Origin: Candidatus Latescibacterota bacterium
Lineage (GTDB): Bacteria > Krumholzibacteriota > Krumholzibacteriia > Krumholzibacteriales > Krumholzibacteriaceae
Assembly (NCBI GenBank): GCA_019038625.1
Contig: JAHOYU010000110.1
Coordinates: 6,209 to 70,208, forward strand
Length of the DNA stretch: 64,000 nt
Reading direction: 5' to 3'
Shown: positions 36,194-45,355 of the stretch, piece after piece
How positions within the stretch are numbered: the stretch's first letter is position 1
How the letters are laid out: every line of letters starts with the position of its first letter
Translations under genes and position numbers: made by a program
Notes under the pieces: generated by a model
Seen by the model: the letters and a program-made list of their open reading frames with translations, nothing else
Databases searched by the model: none
Told to the model about the DNA's origin: nothing

Positions 36194-37537
36194 TCAGCTG
36201 CCGCTGATCGTCATCCGGTCGATCTTGAAAGCGGGAGAGGCGACAGTCGACTTCCAGTCGAGGCTGTCTTCGACCATGCTGATTTTCGAGAGCATTTCGC
36301 TGAAGGTGCCGGCAATTGTGAATTCGGTCACCGGATGAGTGAGTTTTCCGTCTGAGATCCAGATGCCCTGGGCTCCCTGGGAAAAATCACCACTCGACCA
36401 GTTTGCTCCCGGTCCCGACAGGGCCGTCAGAAAGAGGCCTTCGTCGATACTGGATATGATCTCGTCAAGCGTACGCTTTCCCGGGACCATATAAAAATTC
36501 GAAATACCTCCCGAGCTTCCCGTTGTCTTCATCGAGAGTTTACGGGCCTGATAGCTACTGAGAAGATAGCTTTTGAGGACACCGTTCTCGACTACCGTGT
36601 TTTTTTTACTTCTCACGCCTTCAGCATCAAAAGGTCTGCTGCCGAGTCTGCCTGGCATCAACGGGTCGTCTATGATCGTCACAAGAGGTGAAGATATCTC
36701 TTTGCCCAGCATGTCGGCCAGGAACGACGAGCGTTTGTATATGTTTCCGCCATTGACTGCCGAAGCTATGCAGCCCAGGAATTTTCTGGCTGATACCTGA
36801 TCGAAGATGACAGGAACGCTGCAGGTCTTCGGTTTGATGGCTCCAAGTTTTCGCAGGGTACGTTTGACGGCAATACTTGCTGTATTTTCTATCGGATCCA
36901 GGCCGGCCCTGTCACAGGAAGTTGAAAACCAGAAGGAAGATTGTTTCCTCGCGGTGTTTTCACCGTCCTGAGCCGTGTCTTCGGCAGCGCAGGAAATGTC
37001 TGTGGAAAACCATGTCTGCTTGTATCCCTCGCAGAACCCCGATGAATTCGCGAAGACCAGAGAATATATTCCTGATGAATATGATGCGCCGTCGGAAATG
37101 ATCCTCTTGTCCATTTCGCATGCCGCCTTTTCGAGGGCCATTGCGATGGATATCTTCTCGTCTGCAGGTATTCCTGCGGCCTCAAGATCGAAAAGGCCCT
37201 GGATCTCTCCAGCGACGCCGGTCTCCTCCGGATCCGGCAGGCTGAAATATTCATCCCTGTCCATTACCGAAGAGAGTTCCACAGCTTCCCCGATCATTTT
37301 TCTGATATTTTCAGAGGAAAGATCACTTGTAGTGATAGAGGATTTCCTCTTTCCCACAGAAAGGGTGATCGAGATGCGGCTCGAAACGGATTCCGTGAGA
37401 TTGTCCGTGCGTTCGTTTCGTACCGTAACGCTGAACCGATCCTGTCCGGAAACGGTGACCTCAGCGGTCTCTGCGCCCTCCCCGATAGTCGTTTTTACGG
37501 CATCCAGGGCCAGTGTTTTCATCTCATCCATATTCAT
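36194..37537 (-). CDS. pmbA: TldE/PmbA family metalloprotease-modulator protein.
   Basis: The C-terminal domain is PmbA/TldD-like (GISNFYMVPG..., FLTALSGPGANWSSGDFSQGAQG) and there is no HExxxH motif. It pairs with the downstream TldD-like gene. Confidence 0.8.
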   Translation of the reverse strand: MNMDEMKTLALDAVKTTIGEGAETAEVTVSGQDRFSVTVRNERTDNLTESVSSRISITLSVGKRKSSITTSDLSSENIRKMIGEAVELSSVMDRDEYFSLPDPEETGVAGEIQGLFDLEAAGIPADEKISIAMALEKAACEMDKRIISDGASYSSGIYSLVFANSSGFCEGYKQTWFSTDISCAAEDTAQDGENTARKQSSFWFSTSCDRAGLDPIENTASIAVKRTLRKLGAIKPKTCSVPVIFDQVSARKFLGCIASAVNGGNIYKRSSFLADMLGKEISSPLVTIIDDPLMPGRLGSRPFDAEGVRSKKNTVVENGVLKSYLLSSYQARKLSMKTTGSSGGISNFYMVPGKRTLDEIISSIDEGLFLTALSGPGANWSSGDFSQGAQGIWISDGKLTHPVTEFTIAGTFSEMLSKISMVEDSLDWKSTVASPAFKIDRMTISGS

Positions 37538-37558
37538 GTCCGGTCACTCCGTTATTTG

Positions 37559-39034
37559 TCAGCCCAGTTCGCTGCCTCCGACCGTGATACTTGAGATCTT
37601 AATCGTGGGAAGTCCCACTCCCACAGGAACAGATTGTCCCTTGCCACATGTCCACCTGCCATCACTGAACGCAAAATCATTGCCCACATGAGTCACCCTC
37701 GAAAGGACTTCGGGCCCGTTTCCTGTCAGCGTCAGGTTTTTCACAGGCACGGTGATTTTTCCGTTTTCGACCAGGTAAGCCTCGATCGGGACGAACACGA
37801 AATCGCCGTTGGAGATATCGACCTGCCCGCCCTTGAAAGACTTGCAGTAGATCCCTTTTTTTGTAGATCTGAATATCTCGCCGGGGTCGGTTTCTCCGTT
37901 GGCGAGGTATGTGACGGTCATGCGTGGCATGGGGGGGTACCTGTAGCTTTCCCTGCGGCCGTTTCCGGTCGGTGAAGTATTGAAGAAACTGGCGCTTATC
38001 CTGTCCTGCATGAAGCCCTTCAGGATACCTTTCTCTATAAGGACGGTCGGTTCGGTAAGAACACCCTCATCGTCGAAATTCAGGGAACCGCGATCGTGCA
38101 TGATTGTACCATCATCTATTACGGTGACAAGATCACTCGCGACCTTGTCGCCTACACGGCCGGTATAGGCCGATGTCTTTTTCCGGATAAAGTCCGCTTC
38201 GAGCGGGTGCCCGACAGATTCGTGAAGAAGGATACCTGATTCGGCCGGTGCCAGTATGAGCTCCATCTGACCGGCAGGGGCATCGATTGCTTCAAGCAGA
38301 AGAAGGGCCTGTCTGGCCGCTTCCGAACCATGTTCGGTCGGGGTCTTTTTGGTGAAGTACTCAGGTCCGATCCTTCCGCCACCACTCGATATACCCACCT
38401 GGCGATTACCGTTTCGTTCTCCGATCGCGGAAACAGATATCCGCGTCATGGGCCTGACGTCTCTCAGGGAGTGGCCGTCCGATGTGATCAGTCTTATGGT
38501 CCTCATGCTGTCCGCGAGAGTGACGGATACCTTTACTATGCTGGGATCGCTGTTCCTCGCGGCCTTTTCAGCCTGTTCGATCCAGCCGGTTTTTCTGTCA
38601 AGCGGTTCGTCTGTGGTGAGTCGGTCGAGTGGATAATAATCTTTGTGTTCGATCTCATGATATGAAGCAGGAGGTGTTGTTCTCCCCGAATCGGCTATCG
38701 CGGCAGCTGTGAGAGCCGCTTTCTGCATCTTGTCGAGAGAGAGTTCCTCTGTATACGCGTAACCTGTACCCTCGCCCTTTACGCACCTGATCCCGACCCC
38801 CATGGATACCGATTTGATTCCTTCTTTGACTATTCCTTCTTCCATAGTGATGATGTTTTCTATGGAATGTTCGAAGAAAAGGTCACTGAAATCACATCCG
38901 CGTGACATAGCGGTAGACAGTACTTTTTCTGTGTCCTCGTCACTGATTCCGAAATGATCTATATATCCAGGCAAGTGTTTTGCCCCTCCGATTATGATTG
39001 ATTCCCCATAAGAGCCGCTACGGCCTGCCTCCAC
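37559..39034 (-). CDS. tldD: TldD family zinc metalloprotease.
   Basis: It has the HExxxH motif (LLHESVGHPLEADF) and a GSYGESIIIGG-like N-terminus. It is in the same orientation as pmbA, which lies downstream. Confidence 0.85.
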   Translation of the reverse strand: MEAGRSGSYGESIIIGGAKHLPGYIDHFGISDEDTEKVLSTAMSRGCDFSDLFFEHSIENIITMEEGIVKEGIKSVSMGVGIRCVKGEGTGYAYTEELSLDKMQKAALTAAAIADSGRTTPPASYHEIEHKDYYPLDRLTTDEPLDRKTGWIEQAEKAARNSDPSIVKVSVTLADSMRTIRLITSDGHSLRDVRPMTRISVSAIGERNGNRQVGISSGGGRIGPEYFTKKTPTEHGSEAARQALLLLEAIDAPAGQMELILAPAESGILLHESVGHPLEADFIRKKTSAYTGRVGDKVASDLVTVIDDGTIMHDRGSLNFDDEGVLTEPTVLIEKGILKGFMQDRISASFFNTSPTGNGRRESYRYPPMPRMTVTYLANGETDPGEIFRSTKKGIYCKSFKGGQVDISNGDFVFVPIEAYLVENGKITVPVKNLTLTGNGPEVLSRVTHVGNDFAFSDGRWTCGKGQSVPVGVGLPTIKISSITVGGSELG

Positions 39035-39071
39035 GATTGCGCCAGATCAGGCCAAAGGGTATATTAGTCAC

Positions 39072-41270
39072 ATGGCTACTATTTTTAAAGGATTAATTTT
39101 AAAATTTTCCAGGCCAGATGCTTTTCAGCTGCCGGTCCGGATCTTCGTCATTCATCTCATCGCGTTCATTTTTCTGTCTTCAGGACTAAAAGGGCAGTCC
39201 TGTACGATCTGCCAGCTTACCGGCAGGATCGACAGCGGGAATATCGCGGAAATAATAAAATGTCTGAGTGGTGAAGATCCGATCGACACTGGCGATGGCC
39301 TGGTGTCCATTAACACCCGGTACGCTTTTTCACCTCAAAAGGCGATAGCTACAGACTACCTGATGGACCTGGCCACAAGTTACGGATATTCACCTTTCAT
39401 ACACAGTTTCATACTGAAGGTCGACCGTCCCGATCTCACCGGGATCGCAGTTTCCCCCGGAGCAGATACTGTGTGGGTGGGGTCGATGGATGGCGATATA
39501 TTCATCTCTTTACGCGATAACGGCTGGTCCAGTTTCGACAGGTTGTCAGGGTTAGATGGCAGGGTGAACGAGCTGGTGCTGTCGGGAGGTGGGCGACTGT
39601 GGGCCGCTTGCAAGGCCATAGGAGGTGGGTGGGGAAAGATTTTCTCTTCAGATGACGGCGGAGTGACCTGGGAGATGAAGAAGGACGGCGGTGAAACCGA
39701 CTTTTCTTCTCTGAACACGATCAGTTTCTGGGACGAGCAATGGGGTTTTGCCGCGGGAGACCATGGGGCCTTCCTCAATACGAGTGATGGAGGGGAGAGT
39801 TGGTGGACCGAGGCTATACCCTTACCGTACAACATCAACGGTTCGACGGCTCTTGGTCCCTTTCATTATTTGATCGTCACAGATGCCGGTTATCTTTTCG
39901 AAAGCACCGATCGCGGTTTTAGCTGGTCCTCGACCAGTTTGAGTCCAGCGATGGCGCGCCTGACTGATATCGATTTTGTGGATGAGGTCCATGGCGTGAT
40001 AGTCGGGTCAGGGGTGGTGTTTTATACTTCGGACGGAGGGACGACCTGGGACGAGACCGCCCATCCGGCAGAGCTGAGATGCGTGGAGATGATCGATTCG
40101 ATAAACGTTGTCGCATCGGGAGGTGGTGGAGAGGTCTGGATCAGCGAAGACGGCGGCGCGTCCTGGGTTTCACTGGAGAACGGATGCATCGGTACTGAGC
40201 CTGTCTGGAGATTCTCTATGGACTCCGGTGGTGGAATGTGGACAGCAGGTGGTAACGAGATACTGAGAGTCGAGCCGGGATGGCCTGCTGTGGAAGATTG
40301 CAGGTCATACATCGTCGCCGATACTATTCGTGGTTCGAATATCGTTTTCCGAAAGGAGGGGATGAAAGAACCGGAGCACAGAGTCGTTCTGTGCGGGCAC
40401 TATGATTCTATCAACAGGGAAACGGACCCTCTGGTCTGTGCTCCCGGCGCCGATGACAATGCCAGCGGGACCGCCTGTGTCCTCGAATGTGCCAGGATCC
40501 TGTCAGATGCCTGGCTAGACAGGACGGTCGAATTCGTCCTCTTCGATGGAGAAGAGCTGGGGCTCATCGGCAGTTCCGCTTTCGCCGCGGAGGCTGATAC
40601 GCATGCGATTTATGACGCTCTGATAAATCTGGATATGGTCGGCAACGATTACGGCGGGACAGGGACCGCCCTTCTCGGAGCGGTCGAGGATTCGCAGGAC
40701 TCTACGCTGGCCGGGATCCTTCTCCGCTGCTCAGAGGACTATACTCTGCAGTACACGCTTGACTGGTCTTACCGGATGACGCATAACCAGCCGACCAGTG
40801 ACCAGCTTTCTTTCAAGGAAGTGGTGGACATGCCCGTGGCATGTATCATCGAAAGCGGATACAGGGATAATCCTCATTATCATAATTGTTCCGATCTTTT
40901 CGAATTCGTCAATATGGACTATATAGCAGATGTGGCGAGGACGGCTCTTTCGGCTGTGGCCGAACTGGCTGGATATGGACTGGCGCCCGCCGCCGACCTT
41001 GTCCTTCACCAGAACTATCCCAATCCGTTCTCCTCTTTTACAAGAGTCACCTTCGAGATCCCGCGTGAGATGGATGTAAGGTTATCCGTGCATGATGTCA
41101 CGGGAAGGGAACTTGCTCTACTGATAAACGACCGTGTGGATGCTGACAGGTATCTGTACATCTGGAACGGAAGGAACGACGCCGGATCGGACCTTTCCAG
41201 CGGAGTCTATTTCATCAGACTGAAAGCTGGAGGCGAGACGAAATCGGTAAAAGCAGTAATCCTGCATTGA
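39072..41270 (+). CDS. Secreted protein with a BNR/Asp-box beta-propeller, an M28 family peptidase domain and a T9SS C-terminal sorting domain.
   Basis: Asp-box repeats are present (SDDGGVTWE, TSDGGESWW, STDRGFSWS, TSDGGTTWD, SEDGGASW). M28 metal ligands are present (HYDS, GADDNASG, FDGEELGLIGS). The C-terminus (LHQNYPNPFSSFTRVTF...VHDVTGRELALL...GVYFIRLKAGGETKSVKAVILH) is a T9SS CTD. Confidence 0.85.
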   Translation: MATIFKGLILKFSRPDAFQLPVRIFVIHLIAFIFLSSGLKGQSCTICQLTGRIDSGNIAEIIKCLSGEDPIDTGDGLVSINTRYAFSPQKAIATDYLMDLATSYGYSPFIHSFILKVDRPDLTGIAVSPGADTVWVGSMDGDIFISLRDNGWSSFDRLSGLDGRVNELVLSGGGRLWAACKAIGGGWGKIFSSDDGGVTWEMKKDGGETDFSSLNTISFWDEQWGFAAGDHGAFLNTSDGGESWWTEAIPLPYNINGSTALGPFHYLIVTDAGYLFESTDRGFSWSSTSLSPAMARLTDIDFVDEVHGVIVGSGVVFYTSDGGTTWDETAHPAELRCVEMIDSINVVASGGGGEVWISEDGGASWVSLENGCIGTEPVWRFSMDSGGGMWTAGGNEILRVEPGWPAVEDCRSYIVADTIRGSNIVFRKEGMKEPEHRVVLCGHYDSINRETDPLVCAPGADDNASGTACVLECARILSDAWLDRTVEFVLFDGEELGLIGSSAFAAEADTHAIYDALINLDMVGNDYGGTGTALLGAVEDSQDSTLAGILLRCSEDYTLQYTLDWSYRMTHNQPTSDQLSFKEVVDMPVACIIESGYRDNPHYHNCSDLFEFVNMDYIADVARTALSAVAELAGYGLAPAADLVLHQNYPNPFSSFTRVTFEIPREMDVRLSVHDVTGRELALLINDRVDADRYLYIWNGRNDAGSDLSSGVYFIRLKAGGETKSVKAVILH

Positions 41271-41306
41271 TCAGGGACGACTGCTACCTGATTATAACAC
41301 CGATCT

Positions 41307-41894
41307 TCAGCGTACTATCTCCATATCACCGAAGACCAGCGAGGGTTTCAGCCGAAGTATGCGGTCAGATCCGTCGCATTCAGGCGATCTGTAACTTCCA
41401 TCTCTGACTTTGTTGCCGTCATAGGTAGTGATCGATCCGAACAGGGTGCTGCCGTCTATCTCGAAGGCGAGATTGGCGGGTACCCTTATCGAGATATCTC
41501 CGAAGACCGAGTGCAGGTCCAGCTGTCCATAACTTCCTATCCTTTTGATATCCTGAAGGTCGAGAGATATTTTTCCGAATACGCTGCTGATATTTCCTCC
41601 CGAAAACTCTTCGTTGTCGATCTTTACGCTGATGTCGCCGAATGCGCTCGAGTGCCTGATGAAAGGCGAAGACGTAGTGGTCGAAGTATCGCCGAATACC
41701 TGGAAGTCACCCTCGGTCTTTGTGTGTCTTCCTCTTTTTCTCAACAGATGGAATCCCCACCAGACCAGAAGAAGAGGGGATAGTTTCCAGAGAGAGTCAC
41801 CCAGGTCGAAGATATTGAAATTGTTGATAATGAATAAAAACCCGATGATAATCAGGATTATCCCTATTCTTTTGTTACTTATTCCCTTTTTCAT
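41307..41894 (-). CDS. LiaF-like membrane protein (cell-wall stress module; DUF2154 'toastrack' C-terminal domain).
   Basis: The N-terminus has TM helices. The C-terminus has repeated VFGDIS/LFGSI beta-strand motifs like the LiaF C-terminal domain. It overlaps the upstream membrane-protein gene by 4 nt. Confidence 0.55.
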   Translation of the reverse strand: MKKGISNKRIGIILIIIGFLFIINNFNIFDLGDSLWKLSPLLLVWWGFHLLRKRGRHTKTEGDFQVFGDTSTTTSSPFIRHSSAFGDISVKIDNEEFSGGNISSVFGKISLDLQDIKRIGSYGQLDLHSVFGDISIRVPANLAFEIDGSTLFGSITTYDGNKVRDGSYRSPECDGSDRILRLKPSLVFGDMEIVR

Positions 41895-42421
41895 TCCTTA
41901 CCTCCAGACTGCCATTCGTCATTTTCGGGCGGCCCGGTCTCTGATTTATTTCTCCTCATCAATAGCATGACACCGATCCCTACTACAAACAGGGGCCAGA
42001 TATATTTAATGAAGTAAAAACTCTGCAGGAGGAAGATCATCCCGACGATCGTCAGTATGACGGCCGGCACCAGCAAACCCCGCTCTCTCTTGCCGAAGAT
42101 GTACATCGCGAAAAATCCAAAGGCAGGACCAAGGATGAAAAAGGGCCACAGTCCTCCCATCCAGCTCCAGTCGTACCGGGCACTGAGGTTGAATATCATC
42201 CCGTAAGTCAGAAGTATCGTCCCCGGCATTATCAGGCCTTCCTTGCTTCGGTCGAATATAAAGCCCACCCAGAAGACAAGGCCGAGCAGAAGGACCATGT
42301 ATGTCCACATGACCTCCCAGTCGAGATCGATTGTCCCGAAGTTGCTTAGTACCGCGATTAATCCGATGATGATCAGGATCAGTCCCGGTACGATCGATGG
42401 TTTTTTGTTCTTCCTGCTCAT
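41891..42421 (-). CDS. Polytopic small membrane protein (PspC/LiaI-LiaF-TM-like), first gene of a two-gene operon with the LiaF-like gene.
   Basis: Four or five TM helices are predicted. It is translationally coupled to the 41307-41894 gene. Confidence 0.5.
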   Translation of the reverse strand: MSRKNKKPSIVPGLILIIIGLIAVLSNFGTIDLDWEVMWTYMVLLLGLVFWVGFIFDRSKEGLIMPGTILLTYGMIFNLSARYDWSWMGGLWPFFILGPAFGFFAMYIFGKRERGLLVPAVILTIVGMIFLLQSFYFIKYIWPLFVVGIGVMLLMRRNKSETGPPENDEWQSGGKE

Positions 42422-42678
42422 TTGGATACCTCCAGAATCTCGAAGGACCTTACGATGACATACTCATTATTGAAAAAACGTGTGCTGAGCCCGGTCGCTG
42501 CGAACACTTCCTGCTCAATGAGGATTCTCTCAGAATGGCCGGGTAGTTACAAGCTTAAAGCAGCAATGGAACTGACTATGTGGACTTGCAACCCGGCCTT
42601 TCTATTCTCAGCCTCCAGGTATTGATACGTACTGTCGGGCTGCTATGTTTCCATTTATTTGAAGGGAGGGGGAAGAGA

Positions 42679-43341
42679 TCAATGGTACTCGTTGCCGCGT
42701 TTATCCCAGAATCCTTCGGTCAGGGTAAGATGGTCTTTTTCCCAGGCGATAAAGCCTTTTTCCTTAAGACGCGTTATAAGGCGGGAAAAAGTCTCTGGAA
42801 TGGTTCCGATCGATGATGCGATGTCCTTTTTCGAGAGTTCTATCTTGTATTTTTCGTGGATCCCGTAATTTTCGGAAAGGAACATGAAAAATCTCGCTTC
42901 TACATCATAAGAGGTGAGGTAGAGGATCCGTTCGGCAAGGTATCGCTGTTTCTTCATCAGCATCGCGATGAAGCTGTTTCTAAATTCAGGTTTTTCGAGC
43001 ATTCGCATGAGCATCCCCCGGGTCATACAGAAGATCGAGGAATCAGCTATGGCCTGCGCGTTCGTGGGATATCGGTTAGATTCAAAAAGGACGATCTCCG
43101 CGAAGTTCTCGGGGGGTTCGAGGAATTTTACCGTGATCTCTCTGCCATCGGCAGAGGTCTTGGTCAGCTTGATGCGGCCTTCGAGGAGTATGAACAGTTC
43201 GTCACCGGGCCGGCCCTCGAAGAAAATGAAGTCACCCTTTTCGAATTTCCTTATGACACCTGAATTCTCGATCTCGGCAAGGATTTCCTCATCAAGGCCC
43301 CTGAATATCTCCGCGTCTCTTATCCTCGAACTCATCTGCAC
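42679..43341 (-). CDS. hcpR: Crp/Fnr family transcriptional regulator, a likely HcpR-type regulator of hcp.
   Basis: It has a cNMP-binding domain (FIFFEGRPGDELFILLEGRIKL) and a C-terminal HTH (ASSIGTIPETFSRLITRLKEKG). It is divergent from hcp. A TTGAC-N4-GTCAA palindrome lies in the shared intergenic region. Confidence 0.75.
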   Translation of the reverse strand: MQMSSRIRDAEIFRGLDEEILAEIENSGVIRKFEKGDFIFFEGRPGDELFILLEGRIKLTKTSADGREITVKFLEPPENFAEIVLFESNRYPTNAQAIADSSIFCMTRGMLMRMLEKPEFRNSFIAMLMKKQRYLAERILYLTSYDVEARFFMFLSENYGIHEKYKIELSKKDIASSIGTIPETFSRLITRLKEKGFIAWEKDHLTLTEGFWDKRGNEYH

Positions 43342-43394
43342 GGTTAACCCTTTTATAAAAATAAAGTTACTTTTGTTAAAGAAAAGCGATATAC

Positions 43395-43408
43395 TTGACC
43401 CAGGTCAA
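43395..43408. promoter_or_regulatory. Crp/Fnr-type operator (candidate HcpR site) upstream of hcp.
   Basis: A perfect inverted repeat TTGACccagGTCAA lies about 82 bp upstream of the hcp ATG. A TAGATAAT -10-like element sits about 15-20 bp downstream of it. Confidence 0.55.
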
Positions 43409-43489
43409 GGCAAAACTCCCATAGATAATATTAAATAGCATCATGATCTGTAATTGATTGCCGGGGTAATGCCTCGAAAGGAGAGAAGG

Positions 43490-45130
43490 ATGGGAATGTT
43501 CTGTTTTCAGTGTCAGGAAACGGCAAAGAATGAAGGATGTATGGTAAGTGGTGTCTGTGGAAAAAAAGAATCTACAGCCAATCTTCAGGACCTGCTGGTC
43601 TATACGACAAAAGGATTATCGATCTACGCTCAGATAGCTGCGGAAAAAGGCGACAATATCACCGATATCGGCCGATACGTCGCTCATGCCCTCTTCGTCA
43701 CAGTCACCAACACGAACTTTGACGATCCAGCCATCGAAGCAGTGATCAGGGAAGGCCTGGAGATGAAGCGCGGACTCGCCACGAAATATGGCGGCGAGAT
43801 CAGCGGCACTCTTCACGATAGTGCTACCTGGGATCCGGCTCCCGGTGAGGACCTTCTTGAAAGAAGTAAAGAGGCGGGGGTCCTTGCCACCGAGAACGAG
43901 GACGCAAGGTCTCTCAGGGAACTTGCCATTTACGGACTCAAAGGCCTGGCGGCCTACTCTCATCATGCCCTCGTACTGGGTCATGAAAGCGACGAGATAT
44001 ACAAGTTTATCTTCAAGGCTCTCGTTTCTACGACGAAAGAGCTGCCCCTTGATGAGATGGTCGGTATGGTCATGGAAACAGGAAAGGTGGCCGTCGATAC
44101 GATGGCTCTTCTGGACAAGGCCAACACGACCGCATACGGGTCTCCCGAGATCACAAAAGTCGATATCGGCACAGGCTCGAAGCCGGGGATCCTCGTATCG
44201 GGACATGACCTGAAGGATTTTGAGGAGCTTCTGCGTCAGACTGAAGGAAAAGGGATCGACATCTATACTCATGGCGAGATGCTTCCCGCTCACTATTATC
44301 CCGAATTCAAGAAGTATGATCATCTGGTCGGGAATTATGGTGGCTCCTGGTGGAAGCAGGCATCCGAGTTCGAGTCGTTCAATGGACCTATTCTGATGAC
44401 GACAAACTGTATCATAACTGTAAAGGATTCATACAGGGACAGGATATTCACTACGGGTGCTGCCGGATACCCTGGCCTCACGCATATTGCTGACAGAGCA
44501 GAAGGTGGAGAGAAAGATTTCAGCGCGCTGATAGAGCTGGCCCTGAAGAGCGAGGCTCCCGTCGAGATCGAGACCGGTTCGATAACGGGCGGATTCGCCC
44601 ACAACCAGGTTCTGGCCCTTGCTGACAAGGTCGTAGATGCAGTCAAAAGCGGTGCCATAAAGAGATTTGTAGTAATGGCCGGATGTGACGGACGGCAGAA
44701 GGGCAGGTCCTACTTCACAGACGTGGCCGAAGCACTTCCTTCGGACACCGTGATCCTGACGGCCGGTTGTGCCAAGTACCGCTACAACAAGCTGGAACTC
44801 GGCGACATCGGCGGTATACCCAGGGTCCTGGATGCCGGACAGTGTAACGACAGTTATTCTCTCGCCGTTATCGCTTTGAAACTCAAAGAGGTATTCGGTT
44901 TCGAGGATATCAACGAGTTGCCATTGTCGTTTGATATAGCATGGTACGAGCAGAAGGCCGTAACGGTCCTTCTCGCACTGCTCTACCTTGGATTCAAGGG
45001 GATCCGCCTTGGACCGACGCTTCCCGCATTCCTGTCCCCGGGCGTAGCGAAAGTCCTGGTAGACAACTTCGATATCAAGCCGATCGGTGATGTCGAGGGT
45101 GATATAGCCGCAATGATGGCCGGAAACTAA
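43490..45130 (+). CDS. hcp: Hybrid-cluster protein / hydroxylamine reductase (class I-like Cys spacing).
   Basis: The N-terminus is [23 protein letters not shown] (CX2CX8CX5C). The roughly 550 aa length fits Hcp. An AGGAGA RBS precedes the ATG at 43490. Confidence 0.95.
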   Translation: MGMFCFQCQETAKNEGCMVSGVCGKKESTANLQDLLVYTTKGLSIYAQIAAEKGDNITDIGRYVAHALFVTVTNTNFDDPAIEAVIREGLEMKRGLATKYGGEISGTLHDSATWDPAPGEDLLERSKEAGVLATENEDARSLRELAIYGLKGLAAYSHHALVLGHESDEIYKFIFKALVSTTKELPLDEMVGMVMETGKVAVDTMALLDKANTTAYGSPEITKVDIGTGSKPGILVSGHDLKDFEELLRQTEGKGIDIYTHGEMLPAHYYPEFKKYDHLVGNYGGSWWKQASEFESFNGPILMTTNCIITVKDSYRDRIFTTGAAGYPGLTHIADRAEGGEKDFSALIELALKSEAPVEIETGSITGGFAHNQVLALADKVVDAVKSGAIKRFVVMAGCDGRQKGRSYFTDVAEALPSDTVILTAGCAKYRYNKLELGDIGGIPRVLDAGQCNDSYSLAVIALKLKEVFGFEDINELPLSFDIAWYEQKAVTVLLALLYLGFKGIRLGPTLPAFLSPGVAKVLVDNFDIKPIGDVEGDIAAMMAGN

Positions 45131-45155
45131 GAAAATATCCGGCAGATTGAATAAG

Positions 45156-45200
45156 GGCCCGGCACATGAATCTGTATCATGCGGCCGGGCCTTCCTTTAT
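45156..45200 (+). terminator. Terminator-like hairpin after hcp.
   Basis: An 8-bp stem (GGCCCGGC / GCCGGGCC) has an internal CATG-containing loop and is followed by cTTccTTTaTTTc. Confidence 0.5.
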
Positions 45201-45355
45201 TTCAGAGAAATATGAATGTCGGGGAACTTCTTTACAGGAGGCGCGCAAACTATTAGATTGCGGGTTGTCGGGTCCCTGTATAGAGTGATCATGTTCTCTC
45301 AGGGGCCGGAAACATCATTTTAAGGAAAGGCTCTGGAACGGGGCAGGAGTGTCGA

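Noticed and set aside
43616-44323. A 235-aa minus-strand ORF within hcp.
   Set aside because: hcp identity on the plus strand is certain. The antisense ORF is an artefact.
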